Shown: positions 33,801 through 46,600, counted from the stretch's first letter. The stretch: 64,000 nt of DNA from Camelus dromedarius (GCF_036321535.1 NC_087454.1:27032001-27096000), one strand, 5' to 3'. Numbers and translations: made by a program. The notes: a model not told the origin generated them from the sequence alone.

Positions 33801-36800
33801 CACAAGTATTTAACCTCCATGAGGACAGGGACTCTGCCTTTTAGCTGCTTTCTCCCTGGAGAACAGCACCAAGAATAGTACCCAGCTCTTAACTGATACT
33901 AAACAAATATTTGTTGAATAAATAAGTGAACAACTAATTGAGAACCTAGTGTGTGGTAGGCTCTCTGCCAGGCACTTGAAGAAGGAATTAATTGGGGGAG
34001 GGCTTCTCGAGGAGAGAAGTTCAGGATATATGAAGATCCGGCAGCGCTAGGCTTAGAGGAGAATTCCACTGGTTCGCACCTGCCTCTGAACTCAGCATGC
34101 TTTAGGGAAGCTCTGGAGCACCGGAAGAGGCTATCTCTCCATCTCTCCATCCCAGTGATGAGTGACTGCAGCTCTGCCTGGCAGCACCCCTTGCTGTGTC
34201 TTTCTCTCTAGTTATGTTGTGTGTGATTTTACATAAAGCTGAACCTACTATCAAAGGGGTTATTCTGGAACAGAGATGAATCGCACAGGCAGTGACTCTC
34301 CTTTCAACCACTTCTTTAGCCACCAGTAGTTTACTCCACCCACGTGAGGAACAGTGAGGGTTCAGAGAGGAAGGGCTGCGCAAGGAGTGAGGGGCCTCTG
34401 ACACCATTCTTAATGCTCACTAGATTCAAGGGTGCTGAGAAGGTTTGTGCCACTGACTCTGGCCACCCTGGCCTCCACTGAGGGTTGGGGGAAGGTCAAA
34501 TCTCACATGCACAGATGGTAATTCCCAGGGAAACAGGGTGGCCTCGGGGCTTGCCACAGGCAGAATCGCATCCAGAACCGCCAATCAGGAGCCAGTAGCC
34601 CATCAAAACCCTCCTTAGCTCTAGCAAGTCAGGCTGTTAGAACTCTCTGCTTCTCTCCACTCCTTCTATGCCCACTCCTCAGCATCCACTTTGAAAAGTA
34701 GTCTGACAAACGGAAAAGGAAACCGAAACTGGCAATTCTGCCCCTTTCGAGCAGGTCACAAAAGGTCTCAGTGAGCAAAGCGGAAACAAGTCAACACTCA
34801 ATTACCTGTGAGTAGATTTTCCACTCTATGGATTATTTTGTAGCAAATGTTTAATCTCCAAGTAGTTTTCACTGCCCTCCACGTTGCTTCCTTTCACTGT
34901 CTAGATTTATGCTTAAGAAATGCAAATGCTTTTCAACGTGAAAGTGAGAAAAATATATATATTACATCAACTCACATCCTTTCTCCATCAAGCTGGCCAT
35001 CGTCCCCACCATGAGGACTCTCGGTTTCCTGCCTAGAGAATTGCAATGCCCAGAAACCTGGGTCTAAGCAGATGAAGTGTGAATGTTTGCAGAAAGTATG
35101 AGGAAGTGGTGCTTGAAGAGGTGCTTGGGAGCGGGTAGGAATCATGCTGGTGGTTTCTGTGCCTGAAGAGGTGACTGAGTCCAGGTGAAGACTACCAACA
35201 GCATCTCTCTCCTACCCACCACTCCAACACACACCCACACACCACTTTAGCAGTAAAATATCTTCTGGGGTTGAGTGTAAAGGGCTGTAAGTAACCATAG
35301 TACTCAGGCATACCATGCCACCAGAAAAATAAAATATGTTTGTGATTATCTACAAGATCACTGTCACTATTTCCTTCCTTCCACTAGTGGGCATAATAGC
35401 GTTGACATATTTTGTGATTCTACAATATCACCTAAGATGGCCACGCTGTCTAGCTCTCCGGAGAAATTTCAGACCTCTACCACCCCTGTTCTCCTGGTGC
35501 CCCTCCAGGGCCTGGCTGTTTCAGTCTGTGGGAGCCCCAGAGGGCCTCATTCAACCTTTATGCTCCTAGAAGACCAAGGATCCCACTGCAAAGCCAAGCA
35601 AGCTCAGCCTCTGAGCACGCCCAAGGAGGGGCGTGGTCTGGCAAAAGGCCCTGAAGAGCAAAAAAGGCTTTCAGCAAGAAGGGTAAATAAGCTCTGTGTG
35701 TCTCCGTAGTGGGGGAAAAAAAACAGTCCAGGAAGTAAAGATATCATTTAGCAACTGGCCAGAGCTCTCAAGTGGTCTGGTGAGGTGAGTTTAAGTGGAG
35801 AGAGCTCAGTGTGAGTTCCCTGCAGGGATCAAAATAGGAGAGGGTACTCATCAGGCCAGCCATTCTCCCCAAATGTTAAGTAAACAATAAACACATCCAA
35901 CCAGGGACAGAGGGACTTAGAGAGCTAAATATAGTCCCTGAAGGAATCCCAGGGCTGGGTCCCCAAACACATCCATCTCCACAGTGGAACCTTAATCTGA
36001 CAGCAAGGGACACAGGAACCTGGGTAGAGAAAATCTGGTGATGGGGGAGGGGAGGACTGCAGGGAAACAGCTCAAGTTTACTCAGCGCTTTGGCACCTGC
36101 TGCTTATCCCTAAGAAGCCAAGGCCCTGGGATACCAGGGATCCCCCTGCAGCCCAAAGAGTTGGGTGACCTCCCCGGGGGAAGGGAAGGGGTGTAAGGAA
36201 GCAAGAGCACAGTTACTGGTTACCATAGGGCACCTTCTGGGGCAACCACAGGGATGATTACATTTTTAAAAGAAAACATTCAGCCTCTCCTTCTGACCTT
36301 TTCAATCTCTCCCGTCATAGCCTCTTCATTCTCTTTGGCCTTGAAACTTGGCACAAATCTTCCTTATTTTAGAAAAACAAGCACATACTCATAAAGAGAA
36401 AAAGTGTTCAGCTCTGATGCTCTCTCTAGCCTCTCTCCTTTTTTCTCACCTTCTTATTACTACTAAATTTTTCAAAACACCTGGCCTTTTTCTACTGCTT
36501 TCATTTCCTAATCGTCCATCTCCCCTTAAAGCCACTGGATATATTCATCACCAAGTCTGGTGTCCTAGGACACCAAGGGAAAAGCCTAAATTTCAGGCTT
36601 TCCCCAGCTTCACTCTGTCTGCCTAAAGCCATCACAGCACTCTGCCGTGGACCTTCATTATACCCTTCTTTACTCAGGAACCTGTAACAATTCTCTACTG
36701 CCTCCTGAATCAAGGCTAAACTTTCAAGAGCCTCCATCATGTGTCCTGCACTCTACGTCTTTATTTTTAGTAGTCTACAACTGTTCTCAGCTGTCTTATT

Positions 36801-38198
36801 TACATCTTCTCTGTCCAGCCAGAATGTAGCTGCTAGGTAATAAGTGTCTGGAGAAGAGAGGCCAAGTCTTTTATGATTTTGAAACGACTCAGTACTATAC
36901 ACACACTAACTCCTTTGAAGGTATCCTTAGGTAGTCTGGCCTCAAAGATAAACATTCTTGGTCACTTATGTGACAACCCTTTCACCTGAGGGAAAAGACA
37001 GACCTGAGAAAGTCATCAGGAGAGCCTGGGACTGCAAGGTTTAGGCCATCCCATGCCTAAGAAGCAGTATACATGAGTGACGAGCAGGAGAAATGAAAGC
37101 ATGAAACCTGCAACATCTTTGTCTTGCTCTGTCTTGAGCATTTTCACATTTGCCGCTTTGCACAATCACTATTTGAACACTGCTTCTCACACCTGGCCAC
37201 ATACTAGAATCATGTGGCGAGTTTTAAAATGCTGATGCCTGGCCCCCTTCAGATGTTCTGATTTCACTGGTTTGGTGTGGGGCCCTGGCACGGACATTTG
37301 TAGAGTCCTCAAGGGGATTCTAATGTACAGCCAGAGTAAAGAGTCACTGATTCAGAAATGTGGGAGTGTGCTGTGTGCTGGGAATGATGGCGGAGTGTTC
37401 GGGGACCCATCCTAATAGGGTGTCCAGGGTGCACACCTCACCCCAAATTCTCTCTTCTCCTTTAGACAAACACTTTTGGATTCTTTTGTGCCTTTCTGTC
37501 ACTGCTGTTAGTGTAGGCAAGGCCTGTCTTAATAGTAAGAGTGAATGTGTCTCCAAGGTACTGATTTTGGAGAGCTACCTACACTAGGCTAGTCCTAGAG
37601 CAAGAATTCATCGTTCTCTCTCCTTCCCTGTGCCTTTGTCTCCCTGACCCACAGGGAGCGGCTGCCGGTCAATTTCTTTAAGTTTCAGTTCCGGAATGTG
37701 GAGTACAGCTCCGGGCGGAACAAGACCTTCCTCTGCTACGTGGTGGAAGCGCAGAGCAAGGGAGGCCAAGTGCAGGCAACACGGGGATACCTAGAGGACG
37801 AGCACGCCGCGGCCCATGCGGAGGAAGCCTTCTTCAACACCATCATGCCAACCTTCGACCCCGCACTGCGGTACATCGTCACCTGGTACGTGTCCTCCAG
37901 CCCCTGCGCGGCCTGCGCTGACCGCATCATCAAAACCCTCAACAAGACCAAGAACCTGCGCCTGCTCATCCTGGTGGGGCGGCTCTTCATGTGGGAGGAG
38001 CCCGAGATCCAGGCGGCTCTGAGGAAGCTGAAGGAGGCAGGCTGCAAGCTGCGCATCATGAAGCCCCAGGACTTCGAGTACGTCTGGCAGAATTTTGTGG
38101 AGCAAGAAGAGGGCGAATCCAAGGCCTTTGAGCCCTGGGAGGACATTCAGGAGAACTTCCTGTACTACGAGGAGAAACTGGCGGACATCCTGAAGTAG
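30703..38198 (+). CDS. APOBEC2: APOBEC2 (muscle cytidine-deaminase-like protein), 224 aa; join(30703..30833,37655..38198)
   Basis: 131 + 544 = 675 nt. Translation MAQKEEAAAAAAPASQNGEDLENLEDPEKLKELIELPPFEIVTG/ERLPVNFFKFQFRNVEYSSGRNKTFLCY...HAEEAFF...SSSPCAACA...LADILK* contains the HxE...PCxxC zinc motif. Confidence 0.97.
32450..32568 (-). mobile_element. MIR SINE
   Basis: ATCCCCACTCCACAGATGGGGAACTGAG. Confidence 0.65.
33262..33418. other. Assembly gap (157 N) in APOBEC2 intron 1
   Basis: Run of N. Confidence 1.
34712..34731 (-). promoter_or_regulatory. ISRE (CAGTTTCGGTTTCCTTTTCC on the minus strand) in APOBEC2 intron 1
   Basis: Exact AGTTTCNNTTTCC consensus plus a third GAAA unit. Confidence 0.55.
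36280..36900 (+). mobile_element. Degraded L2 LINE fragments
   Basis: Pyrimidine-rich L2-like sequence ending CCAGAATGTAGCTGCTAGGTAATAAGTGTCTG; boundaries are approximate. Confidence 0.4.
37180..37350. mobile_element. MER5A-like MITE
   Basis: ACATACTAGAATCA...AAAATGCTGATGCCTGGCCCC...GGATTCTAATGTACAGCCAGAG. Confidence 0.65.
37655..38198 (+). CDS. APOBEC2: APOBEC2 coding exon 2 (deaminase domain); the exon continues to the donor at 38218/38219
   Basis: Acceptor CCCACAG|; TAG at 38196-38198; CAC|GTGAGT 20 nt later. Confidence 0.97.
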
Positions 38199-38680
38199 GC
38201 GACTGGGCTCAGCCTCACGTGAGTCATGACACCATCACTCTTTTCACTGTTAACCTGGGTTAAAGCTTGAGGTCAGGCAGTGTGAGTGGTTTGTTTGATT
38301 TTCCTTTGAAAGAATTTCATTTCTCTGCTTTTGGTTAGGTGCAAAAACATTTTTAGAATATCCTGCCTTCTTTTCTCTTTCCTCTAAATTCCTCTCCCTA
38401 AATCCTTTTCTCTCCTACCCTTTTCTATCAAACTGACTTTTGTATCAAACCATCACTTGGAATGCTCAAGGGTGACAACAACCCAGAAGCTTTGATGAGG
38501 TAGAATGACTTCTGTAATGAGATTTAGATGGTGCAAGGACCTGTTATTCAACAGCAGAGAAGATATTTCAACCCCCTAAGCATGTCCCCATGTCCATATA
38601 CACCTTCTAGATGTCTTCCCTACCCCCATTTGCAACCTTACCATTCCATTTTTCTCTAATGCAATTTTTCATTCCTTCAG

Positions 38681-39330
38681 GGGTATTTTCTTTTTTTATT
38701 TTTCATACTTTCCAAAGTCCCCAAATGGATCTGTAATCAACTTTTGGGGGACCAAAGAAGCTTTCATGTTTTCAAGCAAATAGTTCCACTTTGAGGGAGA
38801 CCAATAATTGCTGTGTGAATGTACAATGCAAGAACACTTCTCTTAAGTTAAGAAGACCTCAGCAGAACTCGGAGAAAAATGCTGAATGCAGGAATGGAGA
38901 TAACACAGTAACTAGTTCTTCTACAAAGGAATGTTTAAAGGGATAAAAAGATGTCTGCAAATTAGGCAGCAGCTCAGAAGTAGCCTCTTAGAGACAGAAG
39001 ATGGGATAGGAGAACTGGAAGTAAAGATGAACTGTTTAAGCAAATTAGGACACAATTAAGGCCAATTTGGCCTCTTGCTGAGGGTAAATCAGACTGTCAG
39101 AGAAACGGGCCGACTACTCTCAGGAAAGAGGGTGAAGGATCCTTTACTATCTCCTTTTGAAGTTGGTCTGATCTAGTTTGCTCCCACAGAACTGCTATGA
39201 CTAAGTCCCTTTACAAGACCTGAGTTACTGATCAGAATTTTCCTGTACAGAGAAAGGGTCTTCACCTCTTATGCAACTTTCATTCTGGAACAACTCGCAT
39301 ATTAATAAAACATGAAAGCAGCATGCTTCC
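38681..39330 (+). other. APOBEC2: APOBEC2 non-coding 3' exon; polyA signal AATAAA at 39304-39309
   Basis: Acceptor TTTTTCATTCCTTCAG| at 38680 and a downstream AATAAA; the 3' end is approximate. Confidence 0.65.
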
Positions 39331-42300
39331 ATGAAGATGCAAAAAAAAAATTTTTGGTGTCTTTCACTCTTAATACTCTAAAGAAATGATGTCACTTCAT
39401 GGACATGTTCTGGAAATATCAATGTTCCAGAGCTTGATGTTGGCAGGTGTTTGCTGATAGATATGCACACAGGGTGCCTGGTAATTATCCAGCTGAGCAC
39501 TCGCCAACCCATGAAGACACAATTTTCAGCCATTTCCTACAAAAAGCAGGACCCAGGAACTGAAATCAGTGAGACTATGGTTGGATAATGCCACTTAGTA
39601 CTTTGCTCACATAAAATAAGACACCACTCTGAGTGGTGGTGAGTAGTAATAAAAACAGATTTCTAGGGGTGACCTCTGAAAACACAAAATTAACTTTTAA
39701 ATTCCTTAAAGATTTTATTAGTGTAGGGACTATCACTGTAATGAGACACCCTACATAGATTCTGCAGAATGATAGCTTAATTTTAACGGATATACTTCCT
39801 TCTTAAACATTCAGAACTCTGAAAGAAGACTTTCAGAGTCACGGGCCACTTCTTCCAGCTGCCAAACTGGCAAGACTTCAGAGATGTGTGTGTGTTTTCC
39901 ATTAAGTCAAATAATTAAATAGCTAAATCTGCTATAAAAATTAAGCATTTAAAGGGGGATTAAAAGAGCTTTTAATTTTGGATAATTGAGATTGTATATT
40001 ACGCTAATCTAAACAGAAGTAAAATAGATAAATCAGTCTGAGGGAAAAGTCCATTCCTAAGTCAAATTATTTTTAAATAAAACATTATTGTACATGTTCC
40101 ACATTGTAAGCCTCCTTCCATTAGCATACATAACCGTATTATCTGGACCCATTAACATGCTTCCCTGTATTCTACTTGAGTACCTCGTGTTCCTGAAGGG
40201 AAAGGTTAAAAACGTACGAAGCTTAAAAAAAAAAGGCATGAAATCAAGTTGTAATCTAAAAGCCCCAAAGAACTCTGCTTAATTAAAATACTCCTAAGAA
40301 ACGGACATTTGTTAAAGAAAATTTGTCTCATATTTATTCTATCTTTTTAAAAAACGACAGAAGAGGATTTAACCATATATTTAACTCAAGAGAACCGAGT
40401 GAAAGTAGATCTCTTCTGGAGCTTTCTTTGTGTGAAGCACACCAAAAGATGAATAAACCAAACTCAATCCTGAGTAAGCCAGAAATCACAGGAGACTGTG
40501 GAGGAGAAATTCAGGCACTTGTTGGGGAAGGCACACAGAAACCCTTGCTCAAAGAGAAAACTCCACATTGTTTGGGGCCAGCAGGGCTCTCAGTAACATG
40601 CTTTTTGTTTTTTCACTAAGGCTGCCTGCTGCCACCAAGAGAGAGCAGTGACATGTATGGCCATCTGGGACATGCCTGACTTCCTAACACCACTTGGAGC
40701 TGGACAACATTCGACAATCAACCAATCCTACTGCACAAGGCCCTCCAAGGACTCAAAATACACTTTTGCTGTTAATCATTTAAGTCGTGCCTCTCCCTCT
40801 AAGGCTGTTCTTGGGAAAGAGGAAAGTGAGCTGCAAGGAGAGAAGTAACAACCATATATGGGCACCAGGCATCTGTGGGTTGAAGGTCCTCATTAGTCCC
40901 TCAGTTGGGCTGCTTACAGCAAAGGGCCTGAGACCCCAGGTCTGCACAGATCTTTGAAATATGTCCAGAAATGCATTTTGTTGAGTTTTTTTTAAGAAAG
41001 AAAAACAGCAACATTAATAAAAGAGGTGGTGTGGTCTTTCTGTGACCAGGTTTTTTAAAGAACTTGGACGTTTAGAAGTTACTGTGGACAGTGAGCAAGT
41101 CCCAGAAATAGGGATGTCCGAGGCTCTGAACCAAGCCATGACATTCTATAAACTGGGAGGGAGGCTTAAACAAGGACTTGGCTAGGCAACACAGGGAATA
41201 CAAACTCTCCCACGCGGACTTCACACATTGGTCTTGACTCTCATAAAATATTTTCTTCTGTGATTACTTGTAAGTGAGTGTCTTTTCCCTCCTCTGAAGA
41301 CCAGGAATACAGCAGAGAATGAAACAAAAGGCACAGAAAATCTGTTTATAAGGTAGATAAACATCCTAAATGCCAATTCATAAGCAGTTAGCCTCTGGAT
41401 TAAAGAAGACAGGGTGAGAAGTAGGAGGGTTTCAATGTTCGGATACAGTAAGATTAGTCAGCATGTGGTTCTTGATGATGATGGCAGACTGATGCCAAAA
41501 GTCTCATTTCCTAAAAGGTTTGTTTGAGTCCTATGTTAAACAGAATTTCACATGAGAATTTCTGGGTGTTTGCCAAACTCTAACTAGTTTCCAGGAATAA
41601 TGTGTTCATTCTTATTATCAGGCCATGTCTCATTTCCCCAGGCTTCAAGTGCGATAAGTCATCGGAATTTGACCCCAAGACTAGCTGCAAGTGACAAAGC
41701 ACTTTATCAGAACCCTGCTGAATTCCACTTACACCCACACCTCCACAAAACCACAAAAAAGAAACATGAGTGAGGCTCACACTCCATGAAAAAAATTAAC
41801 CTGAAACCTGTTAAATGTGGAGGCAGCCTAGAAAGCCAATGTTTTGACCCAGTGTTAAGAGTTACTTGCATTGTTACGCAAGATACTTTAAATTTCTTAT
41901 CACCCCACTCTCATTTCCAGTTCTGTGTAGATATTCTCTCTCTTTTTTTCCCCTTCAATTTTACTGTGTGTATGTGGACAGAAACAAAGATGGAAGAAAA
42001 GCCTGTCTTAAAAGTTTGACAGTGAACTTGCCCCTTGCACTGCCCCTACCCCAACCGTGTGGAGAACTCATCTGTTACACATAGAGATACAAAAGAAGTG
42101 AAATACTTTTTGAAACTGCTGCCTCGTATCAGGCTGAAATGTGATAAGAACACAAGTCTAAAGTACAAAGATTGTAATTAACCAGTGCTTTCCTAGTGTT
42201 TCAATAAGCCCCCCCCCCTTTTCAAATCCAGTTCTTTTACACTTGGGGAAGCAGCAAGTCCTATGACAGACCCAGAATCCACTCTAGGGAGAAAAATCAA

Positions 42301-42999
42301 TAGGTCTGGCTGTTTGAACTCTTACCACCTCAGTAAGGGGAAAAAAAATACTCCACTCATTTCCCCCATACCTCTGATACTGAACCACTGGCTGAATCCA
42401 TGAACTTTATTCTTCCACCATGAAATCAAGAGTGGACAAAGCACTGCTCTCCTAGCTCAGAAAAGGGGACTAATAGTTACTGTTTCTGATCCCAGCTGGC
42501 TACACATCAGAATCCTCTGGAGCTTAAAAACACAAAGAAACCTGGACACTCTCTCCCCCTCCACCCCCACTACGAGTTTAGAATTCTTTTTGGACTAAGT
42601 GGACCTTTATTTTTTTAAGAAGATTCAAAAGGATTTTGTTGAGTACCACTGATTTACTGAGTCATTACTCTACACTAGGAACTTTGCCAGGTATTTAACA
42701 TGTATTATATATTTCATTGGTTTCATGACTGAATTCAGAGAGGTTCAATCACAGAAACTATGTAGTGGACAGAAGAGAGCAAGAGTTCACCATGAGGAGA
42801 TTCTAAAAACCTACCTTTCCAGTATGCTGACCCACAGTTCTTGCCCATTCTGATTTCTTATTTCTCATCTTGCTTTTCTTCCTACTGGACCCTCTATCTG
42901 ATTCCTCCAAATTAAGTTACAAGTGAATCCTCCATTACCCAAATTCAGAACAACACAGACATGTGCACAGAACCTCACTGGACACCCCCTTAAAAGGTA

Positions 43000-43005
43000 T
43001 TTATT
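43000..43005 (-). terminator. OARD1: Candidate OARD1 polyA signal AATAAA (alternatives at 42606-42611 and 42406-42411)
   Basis: AATAAA on the minus strand about 530 nt past the stop. Confidence 0.5.
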
Positions 43006-43211
43006 TTTCCATTCTTAACACCACAAATTCCTCACTAACAACATAAAACTTTCTGTAATTTAAACAAAACCAAACCAACAATTCTCTCCTAGGATGAATA
43101 TGATGACATAAGGATAATACCAAGTAAGTGCACAAATGACATAAGATGCAAAATTAACTGGAATGTTCATCCTTCCTTAAAGTTCTCTTAACAGTAGAGA
43201 AGTAGAAGCAA

Positions 43212-43230
43212 TGCTGCCACCTAGTGGCAA
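43212..43230. promoter_or_regulatory. CTCF-like motif (TGCTGCCACCTAGTGGCAA)
   Basis: Close match to the reverse CTCF core GCGCCMYCTAGTGG. Confidence 0.6.
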
Positions 43231-43532
43231 GCCAAACAAATCAAGTAGCATCCAGAGCAAAACAGGGGTCATAGGCCCAACATTTGGTTTCCCCACCTAA
43301 TATCAGGCCATCTTCTACTTACCTTACTGAAAAAAAAAATTACCAGCAACATTTCCCAAGAAACCCCTCCTCCAGAGTCCCAGTCCAATCATGGGAATCA
43401 ACCCAAGTCTGGCCTGTGACATAGACTACTTCCCATGAAACTTTCCTCTAACCATTTTAAGGACAGTTCGCTCAGTCGTATGGCCCCACACAGATGACAC
43501 AGAATGTGGACACATCCAACATGCTTATCTGT

Positions 43533-43635
43533 TCAGAGTGTGTACACAGTAATCTTGATGTCTGTTGCCTCAAACACCTCCTCAATCATCGCAGATACAT
43601 GTTCCCATTGCAGACGATCAAGTCCACATCCAATC
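43533..43635 (-). CDS. OARD1: OARD1 last coding exon ([10 protein letters not shown]...VYTL*)
   Basis: TTTTTCAG|; TGA at 43535-43533. Confidence 0.95.
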
Positions 43636-46600
43636 CTGAAAAAGACAAAACATCCCCACTGGTTGTGATGAAGGTATCTAGGTATCTAGGATCCTTCTAG
43701 GTATCACTTCTTCCCTCTTCCTTTAGGCTGCATCCACCCAAAGCTTAAGGACAAATTATCTCATCTCATACCTACAGACAGCCATGGTGGGAGTTTGGAA
43801 GTTAATTCCTATTGTGAGACACCTAAGGCTGCTTCCTAGACAGCTCTGACATCCAATAGCTGTCACTTCTTTTTTGCCTAATTAAGTGCCACTTCCCAAT
43901 TATTTCAGGCTACATTCAGAAATGCATAACTCTGCCATGAAGTGACATGGAACAACTCACCATCCTTCTATTTCTACTGATGAAAACTAGCTGTGGGTGG
44001 ATGATGGGAAAAAAAATTTTTTTAATAAATTTTTTTTTAATGGAGTACTGGAGATTGAACCCAGGATCTCATGCATTCTAAGCATGCACTCTACCATTGA
44101 GCTATATCCCTCCCCCCAAAAGTTGGTATTTAAAAAATACACTTATGATAATGAAACGTTAAGGAAGATAAAAAGGAGAATGACAAAGGACAGGGTCTTT
44201 GCAAACAGGAAGTCAAGATGGAATGTTGGGAAATGCCAAGCTGATTGTAATTTAGATCTCTGCAACACCCTGGTGAGAAACCTCAGTCAGCCCACAAAAC
44301 TCCTACTACCTGGCACCTTTCTTCCAAGATTGTTACTTTATTCCTAGGGAAAATAGAGAGGCTTAAAATTGCTAATTTTGTATAATGTGGGAAGCCCCTG
44401 AAAACACTGTGATTAAAAAACCCACAAAAAAACAGTTTCTGGTACACAAGCCATGAATGTATTAAAGACCCAGGTAAGATGAGGAACCCTATAGCCACAT
44501 TCATAAGTAACTTGGGGCTTGGAATAAACCTGCATACATGGTCAGCACTGACTCAAAACTAGTCTGACAGGAAGAGAAGGGACCTCAAAGCCTACTTCCT
44601 GAAAAAGGAAACAAAAGGGAGACTGAACCCCCAACATCAGTCCCTTAAATTCCTAATATCTAGGAAGGATCTAAGATGTTGTATCAGGGTGATATTCTCT
44701 GGCTACTATCCACGCTGAACACAAACAAGCATGCAGTATAAAACACAGTGGTAACAATTTCCTTCACACAGAATTAACAGGTTTGGAACACCTGAAATGG
44801 CCCAGAGGGAAATCACAATTGTTCAATCTTAGTTCTTTAACTTTCATTGCTTCAAGAATAGACGCTAAGCTTCAGGCAGAGGATGCCCAGAATTCAACAA
44901 ATGGGACTGAATTATGGTTCTCCACTACTAAGTAAGCTGAGGCAGGACTGTTTTAGTCATCCTGATTGATTCAACCCAAGCTAAAAAATAGGAATGCCCT
45001 GGCCTAAGATCTGACAACTGGTTTACTTAGAATTTCTTAATGTTTTGAAATCTGTCTACCCTTAAGTCAGTATTTTGGGTTAAGTTAAGCTTTTAAGTCA
45101 TTTGCTTTTGGGTAAGAAAGTAAATCTCATCAATAAGTCTTCATTTAGGGCCCTGGATTTCCTTGCCTGGGCATAGACAGGTCGGTGACTCCATTCTTCA
45201 GACAGTGGGACTTCATGGCTTCTAAACTCTTCTGTAAGTTTTCATAAGTTGGCTTGTGTGAAGCCCTTTTCTTCGTAATCTGAGTACAGGGAATTAATTC
45301 AAACTTCTATTAGTTCAAAATGACAGCCAAAGAAAAGTCATCACATTCTCCCAACATCCTGATAATTAAAATAAGCATATTTTTATAGAATAGTCTAGAG
45401 CAGGGAAGGCAAATGTCATACTGTCCCTTCCAGTGATGGGAGGGGAAATCCACTGAATAGGGCCTGAGAAACCCAGACACTGCCATATAATATTTCCTTT
45501 TCCCAAGAAACCCAGATTAGCAGGTGCACCCATCATTTGTTTTTAAGCAAGGTAGGTAAAAGTCACTTCCAATGGATAAGCTGCATATCTGTAACAAGGA
45601 AGAACCCATAGCTCCTAAAATTTCTGTTAAGTCTATTTATTTAGAAACTGTGCTTGCTTTTGGTTTCTCTACAAAAGAACAGGGAGAAACTGGTAGCATT
45701 TCAAACAAGATCAGAATTCACAGCAGCCTTAAAGACAGCATTCAAAGAGGCTAGGACACATCCCCACTCAGTGGGCTTATAGTGAGTTGGGCTATACGTC
45801 ACCCAGCACCATCACCAAGAAGCCACACTCTTTCTGGGGCTGAAGACCATTTGGACAGTGGAAGGATCCCACATTGAGGCAGCAGGCAGGAAAGGACTGA
45901 GTATTACTTGGCAATGCATTTGATAGGGAAGAATGAGAGGAAAAACTCTCATTCTTGAGACTTTATTGTCTCTATCTCACTAAGATTAGGAAGTAATTAA
46001 AGTATGGAAGGCGTCCCTAACTTTTGCAAGTCTTACAACCCAAGTCTTTGGTGAATATCACAGTACTCTTTCCTATGGAGCCGGGGTGCAGCCTGTTGCT
46101 CCTTTCCAACCCAGTGCACCAAATAGCCACCACCATTGATCTGAGTTGGCACGAGGTCAGCTTTTTAACATCTTTGGTTGTCTGGAGTGGATCGACACAA
46201 ATGTAATGCAGCCTATCTGTTTACCAACCCTTAGAACATATTAAGCATTGGCCCCATCTTACCAAGTAATATATATATCGCCCATCTCTCTTCAGAACAG
46301 CCACTTCTCCAGATTTCTTTTCTAAGAAAAACAGTTATTTAATAGTGAAAAGGAAAAAAAAGAAAATCAAAACACTGAGCTCCATTCTTAGATTTTTAAA
46401 AAATCTCTATAGATCTGAGTTTACTTTAGAACCAGAATTTTCATTTTGGAACACTTTTATCTGATCAGTCTTCCCAAAATACTATATTTAACTTCCTGCT
46501 TTCTTAATGTCTTCTCAATGTTTTCCCCACACCCGATTTTTTGTCTGCTGCATTTTCAAATATACCCTCTTGTTCACTTAAAAATTTTTAATGTTTATTG

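Noticed and set aside
37698-38198. Stand-alone 166-aa APOBEC2 ORF starting at GTG
   Set aside because: ORF-caller artefact; the true CDS starts in exon 1 at 30703 and enters this exon at 37655
41473-41492. Box C/D-like motifs (ATGATGA...CTGA)
   Set aside because: The boxes are only about 8 nt apart with no guide region or terminal stem; not a snoRNA
44042-44117. Possible tRNA gene (tRNA-like fold, loop reads AGA)
   Set aside because: The acceptor stem is poorly paired and an A-rich tail follows; it is a tRNA-derived SINE
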